The notes beneath the pieces were generated by a model. It had not been told where the DNA came from, made no database searches, and saw nothing but the letters and a program-made list of their open reading frames with translations. A stretch of 64,000 nucleotides of DNA from Candidatus Spechtbacteria bacterium RIFCSPLOWO2_12_FULL_38_22 (GTDB taxonomy: Bacteria; Patescibacteriota; Minisyncoccia; Spechtbacterales; 2-12-FULL-38-22), in NCBI GenBank assembly GCA_001820055.1, contig MHOK01000005.1:7371-71370 (forward strand), given 5' to 3'. A program made the position numbers and the translations under genes. How positions within the stretch are numbered: the stretch's first letter is position 1; each line of letters starts with the position of its first letter. Shown one piece after another: positions 29,062 through 37,820 of this stretch.

Positions 29062-29946
29062 ATGATAACCCAAGATGTTTTAAAAACTCTAGCGTATTTT
29101 CAGGCCTTAGCCGATATGCCCCTAACCTTACTGGAAATCAAAAAATATCTTATAAAGGAGGGGAGTAAAAATAATACTCCTCTTTTTGATATACAAAAAT
29201 CACTAAACCACTTAATTAAAACGAGGCTTGTGTGCGGTAAAAACGGATTTTTTTATTTTGAGAACGCGCGCAACAATAAGGTCTACATAAATAGAATAGA
29301 GAAAATAAAAAATACTCACGGAAAATGGCGTAAATTTAATAAAATAAACAAATTCTTAATGTACATACCCTATATACGATCTATATCCTTAACAGGATCT
29401 GTTGCCCTTAATAACGCCTCGCCAAAAAGCGACCTGGATATACTCATAGAGTCGCGAAAAAATAGAATATGGACCGTACGCCTTCTAACAACAGCCGTGT
29501 CAGCTATCTTTCTAAGAAGAAGATACGCTAAAAAGATAAACAACAAGCTATGTTTTAACCGCTACATGGTTGAAAACTCTGATTTGGGACCTACGAACAT
29601 AAATCATGTAGTTAAAAATCGCGTAATAGTATGGAAAAAAGGTTATGACACAAGTGGTGAGACTATATATTCCTTAAAGCCAAATATTTTTGGGTTTGCC
29701 ATAAAGACCCTAGCAGAATTTATATTAAATATTACCGCAGTAGGTTTTTTCTTAGAAAAAGTGTCTGGCGCGTTACAAATAAAAAAGATAAAACATAACT
29801 TAATAGAATACCCCCGACACATCACACCGCTTACGATTCCTGCTTCCAACATATTCTTTTATTATCCAAGCGTCCTTGAAACAGAAAAAAAATGTAAAGA
29901 TATTTTGAGTTCCTTATACAGATTCGGACATGTGTCCGAAGAATAA
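29062..29946 (+). CDS. Nucleotidyltransferase-fold protein (Pol-beta superfamily)
   Basis: LTGSVALNNASPKSDLDIL fits the GS...D.D minimal NTase motif. Confidence 0.4.
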   Translation: MITQDVLKTLAYFQALADMPLTLLEIKKYLIKEGSKNNTPLFDIQKSLNHLIKTRLVCGKNGFFYFENARNNKVYINRIEKIKNTHGKWRKFNKINKFLMYIPYIRSISLTGSVALNNASPKSDLDILIESRKNRIWTVRLLTTAVSAIFLRRRYAKKINNKLCFNRYMVENSDLGPTNINHVVKNRVIVWKKGYDTSGETIYSLKPNIFGFAIKTLAEFILNITAVGFFLEKVSGALQIKKIKHNLIEYPRHITPLTIPASNIFFYYPSVLETEKKCKDILSSLYRFGHVSEE

Positions 29947-29989
29947 CAAGGATGTGGAAAACTATTTGTTGACTCGGCTGTCCGAATAG

Positions 29990-30476
29990 AAATATAATAT
30001 AATTAGATCCTTTTTTGTGTTCTATCTGCGGACCTCAGGAAAAAATTGGCACGAAAAGACTGGGCCACGAAGCCGGCAGAGGGAGCACAATCCTTGGTAT
30101 TCAGGGAAATAGGCCCTCTAATTAACAACTGGAATATGCTTTAGAAGTATCATTATAGTTATTAATTAGGGGGTCCAAGTGAACCCACTACAAGTAGTAA
30201 AACTATCGGGGATAAATCACAACTCCCTGAATACCGACCAAGCCTCCCTATCGGCAGACAGGCCTATCAACCGACAGGCAAATCAAAAAGTTCTTTATTT
30301 ATTAATACGTAAGTTTTCCTCCAAAAACACTCGGATAAGAGAACGCCTTAAGCCGTAGGCTTCTCTTTTTCATTCTCTCTCGTTGTCCGCATGACTAGGA
30401 CAACATTGTCTGCTCCATCATCGAGAGCAAGACACCCCGCTACTGACTACCAGTAGCGGGTCTTTTTTTATTAATA
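29990..30476 (+). ncRNA. Candidate structured non-coding RNA of unknown family, ending in an intrinsic terminator
   Basis: ~650-bp ORF-free stretch with elevated GC. Multiple local hairpins (GAGAACGCCTTAAGCCGTAGGCTTCTC; CTCTCGTTGTCC...GGACAAC). Terminal hairpin CCCGCTACTG-ACTA-CCAGTAGCGGG plus T9 at 30444-30476. Confidence 0.3.
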
Positions 30477-30606
30477 CTCCAGCGATAAACAGCTTGACAA
30501 AAAATCCAATAACGATTAAGCCCGAAAACTCCTATTATAAATAGGTTCTTCTCCCTAGGGATTAACTTCAATTGTCTTTGTCTGTTTTTTTGTTTACAAT
30601 ATATCT

Positions 30607-30981
30607 ATGACTTTAAAAACCTTAGAAAAATTTAAACTTCTCTTGCTTGAGCAAAAGGACTTGCTAGAAAAGAAATTAGAAACGATTGCTCAACGCGATC
30701 CAAATCAAGAAGATAACTGGAATACTATTTTCCCCAACTTTGCGCCAGACGAGTTTGACGAAGAAGAATCCGCAGACGAAGTGCAAGAGTACATAAACAG
30801 ACTCCCGCTAGAACATGCTATGGAACTGAGAATAAAAGAAATAAACAAAGCGCTTGGAAGAATTAAGGTGGGCACTTATGGAAAATGTAAAAACTGTAAC
30901 GAAGATATACCCCAAAAAAGACTGGAAATTCTGCCCGAAACAGACATTTGTTTAAAGTGTAAAGCTAAAACCAACAAATAG
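30607..30981 (+). CDS. DksA/TraR-family C4 zinc-finger protein
   Basis: C-terminal CKNC-x17-CLKC zinc finger with coiled-coil N-terminus. Confidence 0.62.
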   Translation: MTLKTLEKFKLLLLEQKDLLEKKLETIAQRDPNQEDNWNTIFPNFAPDEFDEEESADEVQEYINRLPLEHAMELRIKEINKALGRIKVGTYGKCKNCNEDIPQKRLEILPETDICLKCKAKTNK

Positions 30982-30983
30982 AT

Positions 30984-31856
30984 ATGTACTGGATTTTGTT
31001 ATCGCTGGGAGCGGGACTGTTTAATTCAGCCACTGGTGTCTTTAAGAAGAGAGGGGGGTTAAAACAGCTTGACCCCTATACTATAGCGTGGTCAGTTGCT
31101 TTTTTTTCTTTATTTATATTAGTGCCAGCTACAATAATTAAAGGAATCCCTCAAATAAGCGCCTCCTTTTGGTGGGCGCTTTTAGTTAGCGGATCTTTAA
31201 ACGCGCTAGCCACCACCCTTCAGGTAAAGGCCCTTCTTAAAAGCGACATGTCCCTAATCGGACCGCTCCAAGCGACAACTCCATTTTTTATAATCTTTAG
31301 CGCGTTCATACTACTAAAAGAAGTCCCTACAATATTGGGACTGGTTGGAATTATCATTCTAATTGTGGGGTCGTATTTTTTACAATACAAACGAAAGGCG
31401 AGCTTATTTGCACCCTTTAAGGCCTTGCTAGAGGACAAAGGAGCGCGATTGGTATTTGGGGCAGCTTTAATTTGGGGCATAACCGGCACCGTAGATAAAA
31501 TCGGTGTACAAAGTTCATCTTCTGTTTTTTGGTCAATGTTTGTAAACGCCCTTATGGCGCTTATTTTATTTCCCATAGTTATCGGGTTTGGAAATAACCG
31601 CGGAATAAAAGATCTATTCTCTTATAAAAAACTTAAAAACTTGGTTCCCCTAGGACTTTTTACATCACTTATGTCTATATTCCAGATGACAGCGCTAACT
31701 ATGGCAAATGTCGCCTACGTAGTATCTCTAAAAAGAACCAGCGCTTTGACAGATGTATTATTTGGCAAGTTATTTTTTAAAGAACCAAATATCAAAAGCA
31801 GGGCACTGGGAGCCACTTTAATAGTTATTGGTGTAATACTTATCTCTATAAACTAA
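30984..31856 (+). CDS. EamA/DMT-superfamily transporter
   Basis: 290 aa. ~10 TM helices in two repeated halves. Confidence 0.5.
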   Translation: MYWILLSLGAGLFNSATGVFKKRGGLKQLDPYTIAWSVAFFSLFILVPATIIKGIPQISASFWWALLVSGSLNALATTLQVKALLKSDMSLIGPLQATTPFFIIFSAFILLKEVPTILGLVGIIILIVGSYFLQYKRKASLFAPFKALLEDKGARLVFGAALIWGITGTVDKIGVQSSSSVFWSMFVNALMALILFPIVIGFGNNRGIKDLFSYKKLKNLVPLGLFTSLMSIFQMTALTMANVAYVVSLKRTSALTDVLFGKLFFKEPNIKSRALGATLIVIGVILISIN

Positions 31857-31957
31857 CAAACCCCACACTAGCTAGGGAAAATTTTTCTATTCTTAATTTA
31901 TCCTGAGCCATTCGATATCTAGCTCACGGCCGAAGTACTTTTCGAAGGACTAGTTAA

Positions 31958-33232
31958 TCACATATCAATTACCAGCGTTGCCCACCCAAATTCGTCAGCA
32001 CCCACCGGCTCACCAGTCAGGGGATTATAAAACTCGTTGAAACCATATTGCTCTACGAGTTTTTTTGATTTACGAGCTATTTGATCTGCTAAATCTCCGT
32101 AGCCATGTTGCCTAAGCCCATCAACTAAAAACCAGTTGGTATTCATAGATAATGGACCTCGCCATATACCACTCCGATCTTTATCATTACTTTTTGGATT
32201 AAAAGTTTTTTCGTTCTTAGCTACAGACGGAATCATGTGGGGCGTTAAAAACTCGTCCCCATTTATTAAATGATCTATAACCATTTTATCTGCAATTTCC
32301 CTCGGCAATTCCTTTATTATAAGGGGCATTAGTGACAAAATGGTTTTTACCTTGGAAGGAGTCTGTTTTTTTCCATCTAAATTCCAAAATAACCCCGATT
32401 CTTTGTCATAACATTTACTTGTCAAAGACTTCAAAGCTACTTGCGCTTGTTCGCGAGCCCATTTTTCAATTTCTATGTTACTGCAAAGTCCCGCCAGGTG
32501 TACCAAAGAAAAAAGACCCTGTATAAAAACGCTATTAACAAGTACGTCCTTGGTTTGGAAGCGTCCAAAAGTAAAAATTAGCTTTAAGTTATAGTTAAAA
32601 AGTTTATTTAAAAAGGTAATTCTGCGAACTTTATCAGCCGGCTTATTTTTATCGCTATCGTATGCTATTGCACTATCGTAGGCCGGACTATAATCTATTC
32701 CTGATTCATACTGGCAAATTATTGATATTAAGCCATCTTTGTGCACACTTCTTGTTTCTAGCAAATTCTTATAGTACCTATATAGGGGAAATAGCATTTT
32801 GTGAACAAAAGTAATGTCTTTGTCTTGTTCCCAAATTTTTTCAACTGCCTGCGCTATAATTGGAGGCTGTATTTCCGCGGTTATTTTTGCTTTTGCCAGT
32901 GGGTTTAGCCATGTAAGATAACCTTTGCTTTGCAATTTATGCCAGCTCCTCCACGACCTAGATCCATGTTTTCTGTCCCAAAAAATAACATGGGGTATAA
33001 ATCCATCCCCTTTTTGCCACAAGACTAAAGCTTGCAATTCTTCTTTGGCGCGCTTATATTCCCCCAACTTAGCCCAAACTATCGCGTGGAAACAAGAATC
33101 CCAAAACCATTGAAACGGATACACGGTTCCGGACGGCACACTGAACCGATAGATATGTTTACCTCTTTTGATGACTCTCGTATTTTTTTCCAACAATTTT
33201 TTTGCTTGTTCTTCCAGTTTTGACATAAACAT
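31958..33232 (-). CDS. Glycoside hydrolase, (alpha/alpha)6-barrel type (GH63/GH37/mannosylglycerate-hydrolase-like)
   Basis: YPFQWFWDSCFHAI motif and overall length match six-hairpin glycosidases. Confidence 0.5.
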   Translation of the reverse strand: MFMSKLEEQAKKLLEKNTRVIKRGKHIYRFSVPSGTVYPFQWFWDSCFHAIVWAKLGEYKRAKEELQALVLWQKGDGFIPHVIFWDRKHGSRSWRSWHKLQSKGYLTWLNPLAKAKITAEIQPPIIAQAVEKIWEQDKDITFVHKMLFPLYRYYKNLLETRSVHKDGLISIICQYESGIDYSPAYDSAIAYDSDKNKPADKVRRITFLNKLFNYNLKLIFTFGRFQTKDVLVNSVFIQGLFSLVHLAGLCSNIEIEKWAREQAQVALKSLTSKCYDKESGLFWNLDGKKQTPSKVKTILSLMPLIIKELPREIADKMVIDHLINGDEFLTPHMIPSVAKNEKTFNPKSNDKDRSGIWRGPLSMNTNWFLVDGLRQHGYGDLADQIARKSKKLVEQYGFNEFYNPLTGEPVGADEFGWATLVIDM

Positions 33233-33274
33233 ATTTAAATGCTAAAAAGTGTATAGTTTACAAAAAAGGTTACG

Positions 33275-34033
33275 ATGAAAAATCCACCCCTAATCATATC
33301 ACATGCAGGATGCGAAGGGCTAGCTCCCAGAAACTCTTTGGAAAGCATAGGGGTAGCGTTAGAATTGGGCATAAACTACATAGAAGTAGATGTTCAGGTA
33401 ACCAGCGATGGTGTTCCAATTTTAGCTCACGACCCCATAGTTCGGTTGTTGAGTGGTCAAACTTTAGTTATCCCAGAAACCGATGCAAAACAGCTGGTTG
33501 GCAAACGCATATACGTATACTCAAATGGAGAACTGGGGTTAACAACCCATCTTGGTACCTTAGAGCAGGCTACTACACTAATACCCAAACACGTAACTCT
33601 GATTGTGGAAATCAAACACCCCCGCTTTGACCCAAAATATGCACGTAGAATGCGAGATGTAGATATTTTACAAGAAGATAAAGTAGAAAGCGCAATCTTT
33701 GATTGTACAAATGGGCATAATGTTCAATATATATCGTTCTATTCGGAAGTTTTACTAAATATCAAAAGATTCAGTTCCAAAGCGATTTGCGGTTTTGTAT
33801 CAGAACTCTCGGATGAGCGTATCTTAGTAGTAGCAAAAGCGCTTGGTGTATACCATGTTGTACCAAATTATAGAAATCTAGGAAAATGCTTCATAGATTT
33901 AGCGCATCAACAGCTTCTAAATGTATTTACCTGGACAGTAGATAAAGAATCAGAAATGCTGCGTCTAGCAGAAATGGGCGTAGACGGCATTATAACAAAC
34001 CGCCCCGACAGAGCGTTAAGACTGTTTTTGTAA
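33275..34033 (+). CDS. Glycerophosphodiester phosphodiesterase
   Basis: IISHAGCEG...ENSLESI...IEVDVQVTSDGVPILAHD matches the GDPD catalytic signature. Confidence 0.8.
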   Translation: MKNPPLIISHAGCEGLAPRNSLESIGVALELGINYIEVDVQVTSDGVPILAHDPIVRLLSGQTLVIPETDAKQLVGKRIYVYSNGELGLTTHLGTLEQATTLIPKHVTLIVEIKHPRFDPKYARRMRDVDILQEDKVESAIFDCTNGHNVQYISFYSEVLLNIKRFSSKAICGFVSELSDERILVVAKALGVYHVVPNYRNLGKCFIDLAHQQLLNVFTWTVDKESEMLRLAEMGVDGIITNRPDRALRLFL

Positions 34034-34070
34034 AAATCCTGTTTTTCAGGATTTTTTATTAATATACAGG

Positions 34071-35642
34071 TTGACTAAAAAACAAAATTTTGATACCTTG
34101 CAAACAATGCCAAATAAACTATACTCCATTGCCAAACTAGGCATGAGTACTCGAACTGTTGAACTAGAAACAGATGTCACAAGCGGTCTGCATGTATTTT
34201 CTATTGTCGGACTTCCCGATAAGGCCGTGGAGGAAAGCAAAGAAAGAATAAGCAGTGCGCTAAAAAATAATGGTTTTAAACCGCCACGCGCATTTAATAA
34301 ACGAGTTATTATAAACCTAGCTCCAGCGGATATTAAAAAAGAAGGCGGACTATACGATCTTGGTATGGCACTTGGTTTTTTAATAGACTCTCAGCAAATC
34401 GAGCCTGTTTTTGATTTAAGTAAAACACTCGTAGTGGGCGAGGTGGGGCTTAACGGAATTATACGTTCGGTACGCGGTGTTATTTTGTATGCAATACATG
34501 GCGCAGAAAATGGATTTGAAAATATAATTGTCCCCGCAGGAAATAAACAGGAAGCCGAACTAATAAAAGATATAAATGTTATTGCTCCTGATAATATCGG
34601 CGAATTGGTGGCGTTTTTAGAAAAAAGAGGAGAAATAAAAGATAAAAAACCAATCGGGAAAAAGGCTGCTTCTGTAAAAACCCAACATGATTTTTCTCTT
34701 ATCCAGGGACAGGAAAATGCAAAATGCGCCCTAGAGGTTGCTGTCGCCGGAGGGCACAATATTTTATTTCATGGACCGCCGGGTAGCGGGAAATCTATGC
34801 TGGCAAAAACTGCGACAACAATCATGCCGACCTTGAGCTACGAAGAAGCGCTTGAGGTAACAAAAATAGAAAGTGTATGCGGTAACGTTTCAACGCAAAA
34901 CCCCCTTGCTGAAAACAGACCCTTTAGATCTCCGCACCACGCTTCCAGCGAAAGCGCGATAATTGGTGGCGGATCCACTCTAAACCCCGGGGAAATAACG
35001 CGGGCGCACAGAGGAATATTATTTCTAGACGAATTTCCAGAGTTCCACCGAGACATTTTAGAATCGCTTCGCCAACCAATGGAAAATGGATCTATAACCG
35101 TAGCGCGCGCAAAAGGAACTGTGAATTATCCAAGCAAATTCATGCTTATCGCCGCAGCAAATCCTTGTCCTTGCGGCTACTTCGGAGATCCAAAACGTGA
35201 ATGTAATTGTACAACCGCAAGCGTTATTAAATACCAAAGAAAATTATCAGGCCCTATCGCCGATAGAATAGACATGCATATAAGTGTGCCGCGCCAACAC
35301 TTCAAAAAAATATCCTCTGAAGATTTGGCGGAATCTTCACAATCAATAAGAAAAAGAGTTGAAAAAGCTCGTTTCATTCAACAAAATAGATTCAAAAATG
35401 ACCCTATCCATACAAACTCTGAAATGGGAATAAAAGAAATAAAAAAATACTGCGCAATTGACGCTAATCTAAAAAACTTTATAGGTCTTGCTATTGAAAA
35501 ATATAAACTTTCAGCCCGCGCCTATCATTCCATACTAAAAGTTGCGCGCACCGTGGCAGATTTAGCTAACTCTGAAAGCATCCAACGACCACATATTGCC
35601 CAAACCTTACAATACATTAAAAGGGATATGGAAATTATTTAG
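34071..35642 (+). CDS. comM: YifB/ComM family Mg-chelatase-like AAA+ ATPase
   Basis: N-terminal Lon-like ChlI domain. Walker A GPPGSGKS. C-terminal Mg-chelatase domain. Confidence 0.8.
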   Translation: MTKKQNFDTLQTMPNKLYSIAKLGMSTRTVELETDVTSGLHVFSIVGLPDKAVEESKERISSALKNNGFKPPRAFNKRVIINLAPADIKKEGGLYDLGMALGFLIDSQQIEPVFDLSKTLVVGEVGLNGIIRSVRGVILYAIHGAENGFENIIVPAGNKQEAELIKDINVIAPDNIGELVAFLEKRGEIKDKKPIGKKAASVKTQHDFSLIQGQENAKCALEVAVAGGHNILFHGPPGSGKSMLAKTATTIMPTLSYEEALEVTKIESVCGNVSTQNPLAENRPFRSPHHASSESAIIGGGSTLNPGEITRAHRGILFLDEFPEFHRDILESLRQPMENGSITVARAKGTVNYPSKFMLIAAANPCPCGYFGDPKRECNCTTASVIKYQRKLSGPIADRIDMHISVPRQHFKKISSEDLAESSQSIRKRVEKARFIQQNRFKNDPIHTNSEMGIKEIKKYCAIDANLKNFIGLAIEKYKLSARAYHSILKVARTVADLANSESIQRPHIAQTLQYIKRDMEII

Positions 35643-35720
35643 TTGAACAACAAAAACAAAGCTTGGTTTAAGATACAAACTATGTTATACTACGTTTAGC
35701 ATTCAAGGAAGGAGTAGGTA

Positions 35721-35966
35721 ATGTTGACATTCTTGGTACTAACGCTTTGGTTATCTTGTGGGTACGTAGGTTCTGCTATTATGTCCGCTCATTTTATAGA
35801 AAATACTCCCAATGCTGGATTTAATAAGATAGACAAACTCTTTGCTTGGCTGGTGGTATTGCTGGGATTGGTTACTATGGTAATGGCGCTCTTAATTGCG
35901 GGTAATTTCTTTCGCTCCCATAAAAAACCCCTATGGAATTGGCCTTTCTATAATAACAACAAGTAA
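35721..35966 (+). CDS. Small two-TM membrane protein
   Basis: 81 aa. Two hydrophobic helices. Confidence 0.35.
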   Translation: MLTFLVLTLWLSCGYVGSAIMSAHFIENTPNAGFNKIDKLFAWLVVLLGLVTMVMALLIAGNFFRSHKKPLWNWPFYNNNK

Positions 35967-35978
35967 TATACGTCTTTA

Positions 35979-36006
35979 TGTCGTCCTGTCAGGACGACAT
36001 TTTTGT
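35979..36006 (+). terminator. Intrinsic terminator
   Basis: Perfect hairpin ATGTCGTCC-TGTCA-GGACGACAT followed by TTTTT. Confidence 0.6.
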
Positions 36007-36079
36007 AAAACAGTCTTTATTCAATGTCGTTTACTTGACGCACAACATAAGTACATACAAGAAAATAAAACAAAAACAA

Positions 36080-36190
36080 AAGAGTCTGTATAATTTTATT
36101 TCGTCGTAAGTGGGAATGAGCGTAGCGAATGGCAGCGTGAAATAAAATTATACAGACTCTTTTGTTAATAAACTGTACTGTTTTTTATTT
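36080..36190. repeat. Inverted-repeat hairpin element, family A copy 4 (lacks the inner palindrome module)
   Basis: AGAGTCTGTATAATTTTATTTCGTCGTAAG-TGGGAATGAGCGTAGCGAATGGCAGCGTGAAATAAAATTATACAGACTCT plus the AATAAACTGTACTGTTTTTTATTTTTAC tail. Confidence 0.6.
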
Positions 36191-36205
36191 TTACTATTTT
36201 TAAGT

Positions 36206-37363
36206 TCAACTCAACGGATTTCTTGCTCCATGCACCTCCCAATGCAAATGGCATCCCGTAGAGCGCCCAGTGGAACCCGTGTAGCCTATCAGTTGCCCCT
36301 GGCCTACATCTTGTCCTTGAAACACAGAGGTCTGGATCAAGTGGGCGTAAAGTGCTGAAGTTCCATTTGGATGTGAAACTTTTACATAGTTGCCAAACCC
36401 GCCATTCCACCTTCCGTTACCCACTGATAAAACAGCGCTTCCAGATGCCGCCGCATAAACTGGCTGCCAACAACCACCTGCGATATCAACAGCATTGTAC
36501 CCATGCAACCGCTGACTAATATAACCCGTGGTAGGTTTTATAAAGTAACCGCTCAAATTCTCAAGCGCAGGAGAAGAGGTGCGTGTTGTCGCGTACTTGG
36601 GCACAGGTGGCTTAACTCCCCCAGGAATGATAAGAGTCTGACCAGCAACAATATGAGCCGCGTCTGCGATATCGTTTACCCTCAAAATCTCCTCGCCGTC
36701 TGCTTTATAGCGGGAGGCAATTGTAGAAATAGTATCGCCATATTGCACCTCATATGCCAGACCGTCCATCGGTAATATCATAAGTTCGTCTCCCGGTTGT
36801 ATGTAATCTGAAGAACTTAGGTCGTTAGACCAAAGCAAAGTATCTAAACTTAATCCGAAGGAGTTTGCGATTGCGGCTGGAGTATCTCCAGAACGAACAA
36901 CATATTTTCTCAAACCGACTCTATCGCTTGTAGGTACCGTCTCTTCAATTTCACTTGTATTATTCCAAAGAAAAGCACTACCTTGATCCACTGAATTAAT
37001 ATACTCCACGCTACCACCAATACCCGTTGAATCAGACATAAGGGCATCTATGTTCAATCCAGCTACTAAGCGACCGCTCGCAAACACTTCCGAGTACTTG
37101 GTGCTACTATTTTCTATTACTTTTTCTACCTTAATTTCCTGGTCAACAATAGCATGTATTGGCGTCACGGGGCCTAAATTGTCGCGTAAGAATATAGAAA
37201 AAAAGCCAACTAAAAAAAGAACGGCGATAGAACCTTTGAAAAAAATAAAAAAGGCATAATGATCGCCTTTCTGTTGTATATCTAAAAATTTGAATTTTAA
37301 TTTACTAAAAACACCCTCGACGTAGAGTACAATTCTTTTTATGTCGCGCATCTTTTTTATCAA
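36206..37363 (-). CDS. LysM-domain peptidoglycan endopeptidase (M23 family)
   Basis: N-terminal TM. Two LysM repeats (GDTPAAIANSFGLSLDTLLWSN; GDTISTIASRY). C-terminal M23 core with HxH (CHLHWEVH). Confidence 0.82.
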   Translation of the reverse strand: MIKKMRDIKRIVLYVEGVFSKLKFKFLDIQQKGDHYAFFIFFKGSIAVLFLVGFFSIFLRDNLGPVTPIHAIVDQEIKVEKVIENSSTKYSEVFASGRLVAGLNIDALMSDSTGIGGSVEYINSVDQGSAFLWNNTSEIEETVPTSDRVGLRKYVVRSGDTPAAIANSFGLSLDTLLWSNDLSSSDYIQPGDELMILPMDGLAYEVQYGDTISTIASRYKADGEEILRVNDIADAAHIVAGQTLIIPGGVKPPVPKYATTRTSSPALENLSGYFIKPTTGYISQRLHGYNAVDIAGGCWQPVYAAASGSAVLSVGNGRWNGGFGNYVKVSHPNGTSALYAHLIQTSVFQGQDVGQGQLIGYTGSTGRSTGCHLHWEVHGARNPLS

Positions 37364-37600
37364 TTTATTGACAGACGAAGATGTGGTTTTTAATTTCTCG
37401 ATAATATATTTCTATAGCTTAAGGGTTGAATAAATACACCATTCAGCTACAATCTAAGAGTATTTAATATATAATCTGCGTAATCAAAAATGCTGCTTTC
37501 GCAGCACTCCTATAGTATTCAGCATAGCAGTTACACCCTATTTGTCAATAGGTCTAGGTGGAAAAAGTGTTAATATCGCATAGTGACTGTATTACTATAT

Positions 37601-37815
37601 TACTAGATTACAAAATTACTAAATTACCAGATTACAGAAACGCCGGATTACTAGATTACAAAATTACTAAATTACCAGATTATTTACATGACCCTGCGGT
37701 TGTACGGTTATATAGTCATCTTATTATGTAGTTATATAGCCGTCTTGTTACATGGTTATATGGTTATGTAGTTATTGTTATATAGTTATATAGTCATCTT
37801 GTTATTAGTTATCTT
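37601..37815 (+). repeat. Upstream repeat module (family U), 5' of pcrA
   Basis: Two tandem copies of ATTACTAGATTACAAAATTACTAAATTACCAGATTA, followed by TTATATAGTCATCTTRTTAT direct repeats. Confidence 0.5.
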
Positions 37816-37820
37816 ATTGT

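Noticed and set aside
29950-30480. Specific assignment of the structured region as tmRNA, RNase P RNA or SRP RNA
   Set aside because: No tag-peptide ORF or tRNA-like T-arm (tmRNA). No GGAAAGUCC / ACAGAAnCCGGCUUA P4 elements (RNase P). No GGUCCGGAAGGAAGCAGC domain IV (SRP). Kept only as an unclassified ncRNA candidate.
36165-36410. 81-aa ORF overlapping the 3' end of the LysM-M23 gene
   Set aside because: Alternate-frame overlap with a motif-supported gene.
37601-37815. CRISPR array
   Set aside because: Repeats are irregularly spaced, partly tandem without unique spacers. They recur as single copies in other promoters. No cas genes in the window.
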